A stretch of 64,000 nucleotides of DNA from Armatimonadota bacterium (lineage in GTDB: Bacteria > Armatimonadota > UBA5829 > DTLH01), in contig JBDKSP010000077.1 of assembly GCA_039680575.1 (NCBI GenBank), forward strand, positions 29,448 through 93,447, in the 5' to 3' direction. Every line of letters starts with the position of its first letter. Position 1 is the first letter of the stretch. A program made the position numbers and the translations under genes. Below are positions 1-9,285 of the stretch, piece by piece. The notes under the pieces were generated by a model. That model ran no database searches and had not been told where the DNA came from. It saw only the letters and a program-made list of their open reading frames with translations.

Positions 1-186
1 CCACCATAAGTCGGCACTTCCGAGGTAGCGATAGGCGATTAGGTCGATCCGGTCGCCTTCAATAACGGTGTGGAAAGTATCGTCGGGCTGTGGAGTCGTA
101 TCTATACGTTGTCGAGCGCCGAAAAACTCGTCGCCGCCATCTACGTAGAGTACGCAACCCGCATATCGTGAATCCGGGCCAATCAT
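1..186 (-). CDS. LysM/tail-X-like baseplate protein (truncated by window edge)
   Basis: Manual translation MIGPDSRYAGCVLYVDGGDEFFGARQRIDTTPQPDDTFHTVIEGDRIDLIAYRYLGSADLWW; HTVxxGDxxDxIAxxYxG..LWW is LysM/tail-X-like; ATGA overlap with the upstream gene. Confidence 0.75.
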   Translation of the reverse strand, partial: MIGPDSRYAGCVLYVDGGDEFFGARQRIDTTPQPDDTFHTVIEGDRIDLIAYRYLGSADLWW

Positions 187-653
187 TTTCTAACCTCCGA
201 ATAGCTAACCGACTTCTGCACTACCTCCTCAATGGTCAGGTCCACCTCGGCGTGCTGCGGGAGAAGACTGCTGCTGTCAAACATGTGAAAGTACCGAACC
301 CTCACCTGCCGCACAACGGAGAGGACCCCTGGATAGAGATCTCCAAAGAAGAACAGGACCTTGTGGGGAGCATTTCTCAAGACCGTCTTTGCGTGCTCAG
401 GATAGAGGAGAGATTGAAGCCACGCCACCTTCTCTTTAACCGGCCCCTTGAAGAAGGTGACCTTGAAAGTAATACGCCGGGCTTCCCCCGCCACATATTG
501 GTATCTTGGATGGCTCATCCCAGGTACCTTTATGGTCGCGAAGTCGGTGCTCTTCTCGTCTATGATCTCGTCCGGGTTGTGCTGGAACTCGAGTTTCTCC
601 CGCGTTACAACGTCCACCAGGTATCCGGTTGTAATCTTTACGTCAGTTGGCAA
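183..653 (-). CDS. Tail tube initiator / contractile-injection-system tube-like protein
   Basis: FQHNPDEI...VPGMSHPRYQYVAG pattern; lies between tape measure and LysM protein. Confidence 0.65.
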   Translation of the reverse strand: MPTDVKITTGYLVDVVTREKLEFQHNPDEIIDEKSTDFATIKVPGMSHPRYQYVAGEARRITFKVTFFKGPVKEKVAWLQSLLYPEHAKTVLRNAPHKVLFFFGDLYPGVLSVVRQVRVRYFHMFDSSSLLPQHAEVDLTIEEVVQKSVSYSEVRK

Positions 654-988
654 TCTGTTAGCTCCTGAATCTCCATGATGGGTTTGCCAAGCCTGTGGGC
701 ACGCTCCGTTTCAGTCTGCATGCCTTCAGAAATGCCATTGCCCGTGTAGACCCACACCTCGTCGCAAGACTCCATGAACTTTAGCCCCAACCGTATGCCG
801 AGCACCCGTTGTTTCGGATCGTCATCGTCCAAGAACCGCGTGTAGAGAAGATGAGGAGCGAAGGGAGCATAGCCTGAGCGGATTGCCATCCGGCACAGAG
901 CCTTGGCGACCTCGACGTTCTTTTCCACGTCGCCGGCATACCGACTGCAGATAAAGACCTTCTTCCTGTATCCGTCAGAGCGTTTCAT
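638..988 (-). CDS. DUF4406/nucleoside 2-deoxyribosyltransferase-like small protein
   Basis: VFICSRYAG...PFAPHL...CDEVWVY...SEGMxxE motifs. Confidence 0.6.
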   Translation of the reverse strand: MKRSDGYRKKVFICSRYAGDVEKNVEVAKALCRMAIRSGYAPFAPHLLYTRFLDDDDPKQRVLGIRLGLKFMESCDEVWVYTGNGISEGMQTETERAHRLGKPIMEIQELTDCQLT

Positions 989-3900
989 AGTTCTTGACCC
1001 TCTGCTCCTTCATGTCTTTGTAGACTGCCCGGGCGATCTGCCGACCGTCGAGCTTCGTCGTAACCGACACCTCTATCGGCCGCTCGGACATGCCATCGAG
1101 TTTGGAGAGGATCGCTCCAAGGAGCGCTCGGACGTCAGCTGAGGGTTCACCCGGGGCTGCATTCTGTTCGGACGCGAGTGAGCCGCGCGTGACAGCCAGA
1201 AGCTGGGTTCTATCTTCACTTCTGCTGACTGGACCGGCTGTGTGTGGAGTCGAACCAGTGACCACCGGAGTGAGTGCTAGAGTGCCCGCAACCGCGCCTG
1301 CCGGAAGCCCTACACTAAGAAGGCTCCTCGCTGCCCCAAGACTGTTCGCGAGTACGCGAGCAGGTAAATCGGATGCTTGTGCAATTCCGGAGCTGAATGC
1401 CTCAAGAAGTGCCGATCCACTTCGAGTGATCGACGACAGTGGCCCTTCCTTCGCATCTGAAAATGGCAGAAGTCTCCGAAGCCTCGCGAGCGCTGATCTC
1501 GCCGCCTCAAAAGGCGCAGCCGCAGCGGACCTTATACCGTTGGCAATCGTAGTCATCACTGATCTACCGCTCTGGAAAGCTTGAGAGACCAGGTTCCTTG
1601 CGCTCGACATGATAGATGAGAAGGCTCCCGATACCGCGCTTGTGACAGTGCTCCAGGCAGAGGATGCTGCGCGGGCTAGGTTAGTGAAAGGTGCTCGGAG
1701 CCACCCAATAGCGGATGAAGCCATTGACCTAATACTCGACCATGCCGATGAAGCAATGGATGTGATCCACGACCACGCCGCTGTGGCATTACTTGCCACC
1801 CACCTGAACGGTGCGGCGACACTCTCGTATGCTGATGCGCCGATGGATGCGATTGTCCGCCAAGCCGCTCTCGCCATATCCCTTGCCCATAGAAATGGAG
1901 TCGCGAGATAGCTCATGACGGCGTCTCCAATGGCTCGGATGCCATTCACAACCGAGATGTTGCCTGTGATCATCTGCCAGACAGTATATATGACCCGACC
2001 GACTGTGACGAGCGCCTGGATGAGCATCTTTAGTGGCAGGAAGAGCTTGTAGACGTAGGGCGCGGCCGCCGTGAAAGCACCTGCTATGGTTCTCCCCAGC
2101 CAAACCACAGCCTTCACAACGAGCGTCACCACGCGGATGGTGAACACGAAGTTGTAGATCACGAACTTCAAGAGATATGCTCCCACCTGTGCAATCACGC
2201 CGAGTATCTTCCCGAGAGTCTGCCCCAGGCTCCGGTATGAGGAGGCATCGATGGCTGTTGCAGTCTTTCCGAAGATACCGAAGACCGACAGAAGCGCCTT
2301 CCCGAGTTCTGCAAACGCTCCCATCACAGCCCTTACGGCTGGCTCAAGGATGGTGCGGATCCTGCCGAAGACGGACGAGAACGCCTGCCAGAGCCCCGAG
2401 AGGAACTCCCGCACACGGTAGTAGACCTGAAAGACCGTCGTCACGAACTTCATAAGCCCGGCAGCTTCAAGCTTCTTCGCAAGATCCGCAGACATCTGCC
2501 CTGTGCCGCCGGAGAGCGACACGATGAGCGCGCGGATACCCTGGAACGCGAGCGAAACCTTGTTCCAGACGCCCATGATCGTGTCTCTGATACCGCCGAA
2601 GTTCGTCTCCCATGCTTTCTTCAGGAACACCACCGCAATAACCACAGCAGCGATGACTGCAACGACCGGCCAGAAATACGCCGATACGGCGGCTCCGACA
2701 CCTGCGAGCATCGGAGTTATGGCGGCAAGTCCGGCTTCAAGGGCAGGAAGAAGAATGCCGATGGTGCCTATAGCGGATATGATCGTGCCGCCGACCACCA
2801 AGAGTATCCCGAGAGCAGCGCAGACTGTGAGTATGGCTCTCGTTACCCCGGGTGTGGACTTGGCCACACCCTGCAGGTAGAGGATAAACCGCGATATCCC
2901 CTGGAATAGCGGGGTGACTACCGGAAGAAGTGTCCTTCCGAGTATCTCCGCCAAGTTCTGGACCTGCTGCTTGACGATGCCATACTGCGAGCCGATGTCC
3001 ATGTTCATCGCACGGGCCATCTCAAGCGTTACGGCAGTGCCGCCTTTCATAGCAGTCTCGATGCTCTTGATGTTACCTTCGAGCTGGTCAAGTCCCATAG
3101 ACATTTGAAGAAGGAACCGTACGGCCTCGTCCGAGCCGAACGCTTTCTTCAGCTTCACCTGTGCAGCTGCCTGAGACAGGTCAGGGAATCCCCGTTTCAG
3201 TTCCTCCAGTATTGGCACTATGCCCTTCAGTTTCCCAGTGGAGTCGACGAAAGAGAGACCGAGTTCCTTCCCCGCCTCGGCGACCTTAAGCATGAACGCC
3301 TTGTAGAGGGTGCCTGCCTCGCTTCCCGGCATTGTCGTCTGAAGCTGTCCGAGGATCGCCATCTGTTCCTGAAGGGGCACGTTGGATGCGGCCGCTATCG
3401 CGCCGATGTTCTTTATCGCCTCAGCCATCTGCGGACCGGTCGTCTTGAACACGCCGACAGTCTCCGAGAGTGCCCCGGAGAACATCCTCGCCCAGTCCAT
3501 GTCGGACATATCCTTCATGATGGGCTTGAATATTCCGTATGCCGTGGTGAAGGTCTCCACCATCTCCTGCGTTGTGGCTTTGGTCGCTTTACCGGTTATG
3601 GCCGCCATGGCAGCAAATGTGCCGACGGCTGTGTCAGAGAGATTGGCAAGCGCTGACTTTACGTCATACGCCGCGCCTATGAACTCGGCCTTGCTTGAGC
3701 CTGCCCACTTATTGGTAAACGACTCTGCCGCGTCTTCCATAGCATGAAAGTCCTTCACCCCAACAGAAGCGAGTTCTCCAAGTGCTTTCTGTGTTGCAGC
3801 GGTAGATGCGACAAGGCCCGCCGGGACAGCAAGAAGTGCAAGACCTGCGCCAATCATCATCGTGCCGCGCTCGATTAGGCCGAGGTTTCTGGTCATGTTC

Positions 3901-4016
3901 TCGGATGCCTTCGCGACTGATGAGTCGAGCGTCTCCATCGACGACTGAACACGCATCGCGTTCTGCGTAAAGGCGTCTTTGAGTGATACGATTATGCCAA
4001 GGCCAAGGTCATTCAT
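975..4016 (-). CDS. Phage tail tape measure protein
   Basis: About 1,013 aa, Ala/Gly-rich, TP901-like core (GSEAGT..KA), hydrophobic segments and Trp-periodic repeats; follows the tail chaperone. Confidence 0.92.
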   Translation of the reverse strand: MNDLGLGIIVSLKDAFTQNAMRVQSSMETLDSSVAKASENMTRNLGLIERGTMMIGAGLALLAVPAGLVASTAATQKALGELASVGVKDFHAMEDAAESFTNKWAGSSKAEFIGAAYDVKSALANLSDTAVGTFAAMAAITGKATKATTQEMVETFTTAYGIFKPIMKDMSDMDWARMFSGALSETVGVFKTTGPQMAEAIKNIGAIAAASNVPLQEQMAILGQLQTTMPGSEAGTLYKAFMLKVAEAGKELGLSFVDSTGKLKGIVPILEELKRGFPDLSQAAAQVKLKKAFGSDEAVRFLLQMSMGLDQLEGNIKSIETAMKGGTAVTLEMARAMNMDIGSQYGIVKQQVQNLAEILGRTLLPVVTPLFQGISRFILYLQGVAKSTPGVTRAILTVCAALGILLVVGGTIISAIGTIGILLPALEAGLAAITPMLAGVGAAVSAYFWPVVAVIAAVVIAVVFLKKAWETNFGGIRDTIMGVWNKVSLAFQGIRALIVSLSGGTGQMSADLAKKLEAAGLMKFVTTVFQVYYRVREFLSGLWQAFSSVFGRIRTILEPAVRAVMGAFAELGKALLSVFGIFGKTATAIDASSYRSLGQTLGKILGVIAQVGAYLLKFVIYNFVFTIRVVTLVVKAVVWLGRTIAGAFTAAAPYVYKLFLPLKMLIQALVTVGRVIYTVWQMITGNISVVNGIRAIGDAVMSYLATPFLWARDMARAAWRTIASIGASAYESVAAPFRWVASNATAAWSWITSIASSAWSSIRSMASSAIGWLRAPFTNLARAASSAWSTVTSAVSGAFSSIMSSARNLVSQAFQSGRSVMTTIANGIRSAAAAPFEAARSALARLRRLLPFSDAKEGPLSSITRSGSALLEAFSSGIAQASDLPARVLANSLGAARSLLSVGLPAGAVAGTLALTPVVTGSTPHTAGPVSRSEDRTQLLAVTRGSLASEQNAAPGEPSADVRALLGAILSKLDGMSERPIEVSVTTKLDGRQIARAVYKDMKEQRVKNYETL

Positions 4017-4192
4017 CACTTGCGGTGTCTATTCAAATCCTCTCGCTCGAAGTCGAGCTGATTCTCCAACGCCCGAACAAACTGTTGACGTTTGGAGATG
4101 GGAAGAGCGGAGACTTCTGAGTAACTCCAGTGAAGTCCCCCATAGGCAAGGAAGAAGGTGTCCCTTACGAGCGAACTCCTGGGAATAAAAAA
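4016..4192 (-). CDS. -1 frameshift extension of the tail chaperone (GT/E' form)
   Basis: TTTTTTA at 4192-4186; -1 frame open as FIPRSSLVRDTFFLAYGGLHWSYSEVSALPISKRQQFVRALENQLDFEREDLNRHRK*, stop overlapping the tape measure ATG (TGATG). Confidence 0.8.
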   Translation of the reverse strand, partial: FFIPRSSLVRDTFFLAYGGLHWSYSEVSALPISKRQQFVRALENQLDFEREDLNRHRK

Positions 4193-4842
4193 GCCGGTTC
4201 AGTCTCAAGTCTGGTCCTCAGCCTTGTGCCGCAGGACTCGCAGTCACATTCGATGGTCGTGTCAATCCCGGCATCCACCCGTAGCATCTCAGCACGAAGC
4301 GCACTGCGGTCTCGCATGGACATCTCGGAAAGGGCCTTCTTCGTGGGAGCAGAGCCGTCTATCTCTAGGATGCGGATCATCATTGCAGACGAGATGTTTG
4401 GCTCCTGCATTTGGGCCAGGCGTTTTTCCTTATGTCCATCAAGGTAGGTAAATCGGACCTTTCGGCCGGATCCCGGTAGTACAAACGTGAATTCCCGATC
4501 CTCTCCGTAGGAGGTAACCACGAGATCATCGATATTCACCGTGAGGCGGTTCTTGGCTCTGCACACAGGGTTTGGACAAGCAAGTTCAAGCTCGACTTCT
4601 TCGCCTAGTGAGACCTCTCTAAGTCTCACCAGGACAAAGAGCCTGTCGCCTGAGAGCATGTCGAGGACGTCCTTAGTAGATACATCCTCCCTGTCTCCCA
4701 GCCGGACTATGCAGTTAGCCAGAACCTGGTTCACTGCGTCACCGGAGCGGATCAGCCTCTGGTTTGTAAGGAGTTCCTCCTCGACCCCAGTCATCTCACG
4801 TAGCTCTATCTCAGTGCCACTTGGCAGTATAAATATATACAA
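4165..4842 (-). CDS. Tail assembly chaperone (G form), probable TTG start
   Basis: Between tube and tape measure; GGAGG RBS before TTG at 4842; two CxxC-type motifs; slippery T TTT TTA near the 3' end. Confidence 0.75.
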   Translation of the reverse strand: MYIFILPSGTEIELREMTGVEEELLTNQRLIRSGDAVNQVLANCIVRLGDREDVSTKDVLDMLSGDRLFVLVRLREVSLGEEVELELACPNPVCRAKNRLTVNIDDLVVTSYGEDREFTFVLPGSGRKVRFTYLDGHKEKRLAQMQEPNISSAMMIRILEIDGSAPTKKALSEMSMRDRSALRAEMLRVDAGIDTTIECDCESCGTRLRTRLETEPAFLFPGVRS

Positions 4843-4876
4843 GAATATCCTCCAGTCTTCTGCAAACCTGTACAGT

Positions 4877-5335
4877 TTAGTCCCAATACTGATAGCAGAT
4901 CGATATCTTCTCAATGGTGTTGTCGGAGCTTCCACCCTCGAGTTCGTCGTACTCTAGGGACTTAATCCATGCGCCATGTAGTGTCCACCTGCGGGTCTCG
5001 TTCCCGCTTCTGTCGTAGCGGACAATATCGATGTCTCGCATGTATTCATCCGGGAGCGCCCCGACACCGGCGTTTATGTCAGCCTGGAGCCTGACCCAGT
5101 CACGCGCGGATTCATCGGACCCATCGGCAAGGACTCCCTTCTCAAAGGTGATGTCTTCGAACTTGAGTCTTCCGGCGACCTTCTGGTCAAACATGGAGCC
5201 TGCGGGTGAGAAGGCGACCTCCTCAAACTCCGTCTTTGGCTCCTGGCCTTTTCTAAAAAGAGCCACATCAAAGCCGTTTATCTCGATGGCAAACTGCCAG
5301 TTCTGATAGAGACTCTGGGGCATTGTCACTTCCAC
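4877..5335 (-). CDS. Tail tube protein (T4 gp19-like)
   Basis: FxIEI.G...GRLKFEDITFEKG...RRWTLHGAW...IE motifs; follows the sheath gene. Confidence 0.88.
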   Translation of the reverse strand: MEVTMPQSLYQNWQFAIEINGFDVALFRKGQEPKTEFEEVAFSPAGSMFDQKVAGRLKFEDITFEKGVLADGSDESARDWVRLQADINAGVGALPDEYMRDIDIVRYDRSGNETRRWTLHGAWIKSLEYDELEGGSSDNTIEKISICYQYWD

Positions 5336-5350
5336 TTATCTCACCTCCTA

Positions 5351-6886
5351 TTAGTAGAGCTCTCTAAAGAGAGTCCCTGTCGCCGTCAGGACGAAAGAGA
5401 GTTCCACAAACTCTGCCGTCTTCGTCGGCTTCACGAACACCCTCGCAACCATCTGGTTCTGGTCTATCATAGCCGGTGTGTTCGTCTCATCGTCGCACTG
5501 GACTCTATAGTCATAAAACCCGCCACGGCTCTTGATATTTCCGAGGAACGGGTTAATGAGCCGGATGAGCCCGCGCCATGTCGCCTGGTTGTTAGGCTCG
5601 AAGACCACGAACTTGGCGGATTCTGAGATGGCCTCCTCGATATACATCATCAGGCGGCGAACATTGATGCGGTCCGTTGCGGACGGCTGACTCTGAAGTG
5701 TCTTCTGGCCCCAGATGTTGATGCCGGTATCAGGGAAGCTTGCGATAACGTTGATGCCCTCGGAGTAGAGCGCGTCACGCTCACCCCGACTTGTCTTGTA
5801 GCCAAGAGACAGCACTCCGAAGATCCTTCCCCGGTCAATCCCTGCAGGCGCGCACCAGACGTCTGTCTTCTCGTCCGACCGTGCGATGCAACCTGCAACC
5901 GCACCAGTGGGCGGAATGAGCTTCGTCTTTCCGGTCAGGGGATCGGAGATTTCCAGCCATGGATAGTAGAGCGCCGCGTATGATGAGTTGAAAGCTGCAT
6001 GTGTATAAGTTTCTTCGCCCTTCCTGAACTCAACCGCCTCAAGTGGCTCAAGGAGGATCGGCGTCTCCGCAATGAAGAGCAGATCCTTTCTGCCTTCTGC
6101 GTAGGTGATGCCGCCAGCTATAACCGTCGCTGTCGTCACACCAGGAACCGCAAGGATGTTCAAGGCATCTATTTCATCGAACGCATAAAGTCCGGTATGC
6201 TGGGACGAATCGCCGATGTAGTCTCCGTCCGCCATGCCGGTAATCCCGTCATCGCCAGCGGCAAGGTTGAACGTCCCCGCGGCCGGTCTGTTCTCCGCGG
6301 CGTTAGCCGCTCCCGAGAGGTCTTCTACGGTGATGAATTCAGACTTCTCACTCACGACAAGCTCGACGTGGTTTGGCTTCGACTCGTCCATCGAGAGGTT
6401 TCTGAACACCTCGACAGTCTCACCCTTATACTGGACAGTCAGATCGAACTCGTTTGCAGAGTCGGCCGTGCCATCCGCGATTTCCACCGAGATGCTATCG
6501 CCCCACTTGCCTTCGTTTATCGCCGTGGCGCGCAGTGTATCCTTGGCAGCTTCTCCGACCCCTCTGTCCTTGAGTGCGACGGTTGCACACTTGGCTGCAA
6601 GCGTCGTGCGGTCGGTCGGGTCAGTCTGGTGAGCCACGCGGTTTACATATAGTACCTGCCCACCGTTATCAAAGAAGGCACGTGCGGCGTACGCGAGGTA
6701 GCCATCAGCGATGTATGAGCCGAACTTCCTGACGAACTGCTCCCAGCTTGTCACAAGTGTCGGCTTGCTGATTGGACCTTTCTCAGCAAGCCCGACCATT
6801 CCGCAGGCAGAGGTCGATATCTGCTTTACGTAGTAGCTGAAGTCTACTTCTTTTGTGTAGACACCAGGTGAAAGATATGATGTCAT
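5351..6886 (-). CDS. Tail sheath protein
   Basis: YLSPGVY N-terminus; YYPW, IWGQKTL, INVRRL, FEPN, PTKTAEFV motifs. Confidence 0.95.
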   Translation of the reverse strand: MTSYLSPGVYTKEVDFSYYVKQISTSACGMVGLAEKGPISKPTLVTSWEQFVRKFGSYIADGYLAYAARAFFDNGGQVLYVNRVAHQTDPTDRTTLAAKCATVALKDRGVGEAAKDTLRATAINEGKWGDSISVEIADGTADSANEFDLTVQYKGETVEVFRNLSMDESKPNHVELVVSEKSEFITVEDLSGAANAAENRPAAGTFNLAAGDDGITGMADGDYIGDSSQHTGLYAFDEIDALNILAVPGVTTATVIAGGITYAEGRKDLLFIAETPILLEPLEAVEFRKGEETYTHAAFNSSYAALYYPWLEISDPLTGKTKLIPPTGAVAGCIARSDEKTDVWCAPAGIDRGRIFGVLSLGYKTSRGERDALYSEGINVIASFPDTGINIWGQKTLQSQPSATDRINVRRLMMYIEEAISESAKFVVFEPNNQATWRGLIRLINPFLGNIKSRGGFYDYRVQCDDETNTPAMIDQNQMVARVFVKPTKTAEFVELSFVLTATGTLFRELY

Positions 6887-7134
6887 CGAGTCCTTCCTCT
6901 CTTCTGCTCAGTCTGCTCGAACATCGCCTCCGGCTTCTCTCCTGTGCTGCTGTCCTCCGGCGCTACCGCCTTCTCGATCAGTGAGACCAGGCCGCGCCGA
7001 GCCGCAAGTCGAATCTCATTGGAAATCCGGTCCTTCAGTATCTGCCGACACTCCCTTGCCGAAAGGTGTAGCCCTTCACCGTCGCCCGCCAGATGAAGCG
7101 CGAGCGGCTGGAAGAGCAGGTTCTTTATCTTCAT
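6883..7134 (-). CDS. Hypothetical phage protein (pre-sheath)
   Basis: Operonic, overlaps the sheath start. Confidence 0.6.
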   Translation of the reverse strand: MKIKNLLFQPLALHLAGDGEGLHLSARECRQILKDRISNEIRLAARRGLVSLIEKAVAPEDSSTGEKPEAMFEQTEQKRGRTR

Positions 7135-7146
7135 AGAGATTGCTCC

Positions 7147-7665
7147 TTATATGCCAAGTTCCAGTTTGAGGCCGGTCGCGAGCTTCCCGCTCACCACCCG
7201 GCCATCGTAGATGGGGCAGTCCTCGATCCGGCATTTGCCGGACGCCTGCCGCAGGTTCGACAGGTTCACCCGCCTAAGTCCTCCAAGCGGGACAAGTTCA
7301 GTGACCGCAAGTGCCCCGCGATCCGGCACGTCAAGTGTCGGATGAAGCTGATAGAACCGAGCTATACGCTCTGTCAGGTCCAGGAGATCAGCCTCCTTAC
7401 CACAGGTGACGATGACATCGAAGTCAAGATGATACAGCCTCGGGGCTTTTCGCTGCTCGAACGTCAACTCTGCCTCGTTTCGAAGGACGAGCATTGCTGG
7501 CGTCCGGCGTAGAGCATCTTCACTGATCGTTGGTCCTTGGAAGACTACGCTCGGTACGTTGGTCACCTCGAACATATCATCTGCCGCAACCAGCAATGCG
7601 CCAGGGTCAATCTCCGACTTCGCAAGCCGGATGAAAGCCTCGACCACCTCGCGGATAAGCTCCAC
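7147..7665 (-). CDS. Putative tail terminator/completion protein
   Basis: Position between neck genes and sheath; 172 aa. Confidence 0.5.
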   Translation of the reverse strand: MELIREVVEAFIRLAKSEIDPGALLVAADDMFEVTNVPSVVFQGPTISEDALRRTPAMLVLRNEAELTFEQRKAPRLYHLDFDVIVTCGKEADLLDLTERIARFYQLHPTLDVPDRGALAVTELVPLGGLRRVNLSNLRQASGKCRIEDCPIYDGRVVSGKLATGLKLELGI

Positions 7666-7674
7666 ATCGTCACC

Positions 7675-8163
7675 TCACTTCAGGACCGAGAGGAGCGCCT
7701 CACGGTAGTTCCCTATAACCTGGTCTCGATACTTCTCCATCGTCGGATGCAGAAACGGCCTTGGCGGGATAACTATCACGGCACCTGATGGGTGGTTGAT
7801 GGTCGCCCCGTACTCCATGATCGCGGCGATGTTCGCGACGCTCTCCCCGTCCCTGTAGACACTCGCCCGAAGAAGTCCCACGAAGGCACCATCTGAGAGT
7901 ATCTTCTGGGTGATGCTGTTTATCAGGAATCCTGTGTCGATGAGGGCCTTCGAGGACCCTTTTCGGTCAATGGTCACCTGCGCGAGTGGCGCGAACGCCT
8001 CGCCGCCTGGTGCCTGATCTCGAATCCCTCGCTTTATCTCCCGCACGAGAAGCACGGCGTTTTTGACGGTCGCCTGCCGAATCGCTCGCGCGAGCCGTTG
8101 ATTGAACCCGTCCGTGAGGAGCGCCTTTGCCCTCTCCCAGTCTCCAAACCGCCTAACCGCCAT
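7675..8163 (-). CDS. Virion morphogenesis protein (HK97 gp10/Mu gpG-like)
   Basis: LIDTG.L..SI, A..MEYG, IPPRPFL motifs. Confidence 0.8.
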   Translation of the reverse strand: MAVRRFGDWERAKALLTDGFNQRLARAIRQATVKNAVLLVREIKRGIRDQAPGGEAFAPLAQVTIDRKGSSKALIDTGFLINSITQKILSDGAFVGLLRASVYRDGESVANIAAIMEYGATINHPSGAVIVIPPRPFLHPTMEKYRDQVIGNYREALLSVLK

Positions 8164-8515
8164 GAAGCCTCACCAACTCAAGGATCTTGTGAGTCACGAT
8201 CCCAAAGAGCGACTGGGGTACAACAGTCTGCACCCGGTAGTCCTGGCGCTCAAAACGAACACGATCCTCCACGCGCACATCAAGCTCCGGGAGAACACAA
8301 GCTGTGGCATCCGTTCTCTTTGCCAGGTCGACCGGCGGAGTCAGCGAAACTTCGACCGCGAACGCACAGACTTCCGAAAACTCGCCATCATCAGAGCCGT
8401 AAAGGGACTCACCAGCCTGCTTTCTGAGGAGCACTGCCGTCTGACCTGACGCCGTGATGAGTTCACGAACCTCCGATGCCACTGCTGTCTTCTCCGTATC
8501 AGTGAGTATGGTCAT
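8153..8515 (-). CDS. Putative head closure/head-tail adaptor
   Basis: 120 aa, beta-rich, neck position. Confidence 0.55.
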   Translation of the reverse strand: MTILTDTEKTAVASEVRELITASGQTAVLLRKQAGESLYGSDDGEFSEVCAFAVEVSLTPPVDLAKRTDATACVLPELDVRVEDRVRFERQDYRVQTVVPQSLFGIVTHKILELVRLHGG

Positions 8516-8972
8516 GGTGATGATGATGCCACCGTCCCTGCTCGTATATCACGGGCCTGAGCGGCTTCGGCGTGATGATCGAGCCGTCATCGACTGTTGC
8601 ATCAGGCTTCATCTCGCGAAGCCGCTCGTGATATGTTGCCGTCAGGTCTGATTCAAGCTTTGCCCAGTGCTCCGGCTGGCTCGTCTTGTCCACACGTTTG
8701 TCGCCGGATGAAAACGAGAAAGCGTTCGCGGTAGCAGCGCGCATGACCTGGCACGCCGCGATCTGCGCCTGAATCAAGAGAAGCTCAAGCGCCTCTCCAA
8801 CCGGCTCCGGTACGACCTCGCCGCCCGAGACAGACATCTCTAATCCGAGATCCCTCCCGACAGGAAAGGCGCTCTTCAGAATGCAGCGCGTGAGCACTTC
8901 ATCCGAAAAGCGTTCCGCTCCCGGGTCGGCAAGATCGGTCCTGAGTGTGCCGACGAGATCAGCGAGAGCCAT
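8499..8972 (-). CDS. Putative head-tail connector protein
   Basis: LRxxLxD...FSDE N-terminus; position after capsid genes; start moved to MALADLV. Confidence 0.6.
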   Translation of the reverse strand: MALADLVGTLRTDLADPGAERFSDEVLTRCILKSAFPVGRDLGLEMSVSGGEVVPEPVGEALELLLIQAQIAACQVMRAATANAFSFSSGDKRVDKTSQPEHWAKLESDLTATYHERLREMKPDATVDDGSIITPKPLRPVIYEQGRWHHHHHDHTH

Positions 8973-9273
8973 CGGCTTCCTCAGTAGAGCCACTGTCCGC
9001 AGCATCTCCCGTGGCAGGCGGTGTTACACCCGTCTGCTCCTCGCCCTTTGGCTCCGGTTTCTGTACCGCCGTCCTGGCGGGTGCCTTCGCCTTCAGCTTA
9101 GCCTCGGGCTTTGCCTCTGCCTGGGTTTCCACAGTCGCGAGCATTCCCGCATCGATGGCTTTCGACATCTGCGGGGTCAGCTTCTCAAGCTCTACGACTT
9201 CACCGGGGGCGAGTTTCAGCCCGGCATCAGCAATGATCACGATGCCGGGCCTGATGTTCTTTACCTTGGTCAC
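8959..9273 (-). CDS. Hypothetical phage protein
   Basis: Follows the capsid gene with an RBS; low-complexity C-terminus. Confidence 0.6.
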   Translation of the reverse strand: MTKVKNIRPGIVIIADAGLKLAPGEVVELEKLTPQMSKAIDAGMLATVETQAEAKPEAKLKAKAPARTAVQKPEPKGEEQTGVTPPATGDAADSGSTEEADGSR

Positions 9274-9285
9274 TTCATGTCCTCC

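Noticed and set aside
1..7665. Stand-alone contractile injection system or tailocin
   Set aside because: Linked capsid, portal, terminase and replication genes indicate a full prophage
8499..8530. Poly-His C-terminus of the head-tail connector
   Set aside because: Short and overlaps the next gene's start region; probably a by-product of the overlap
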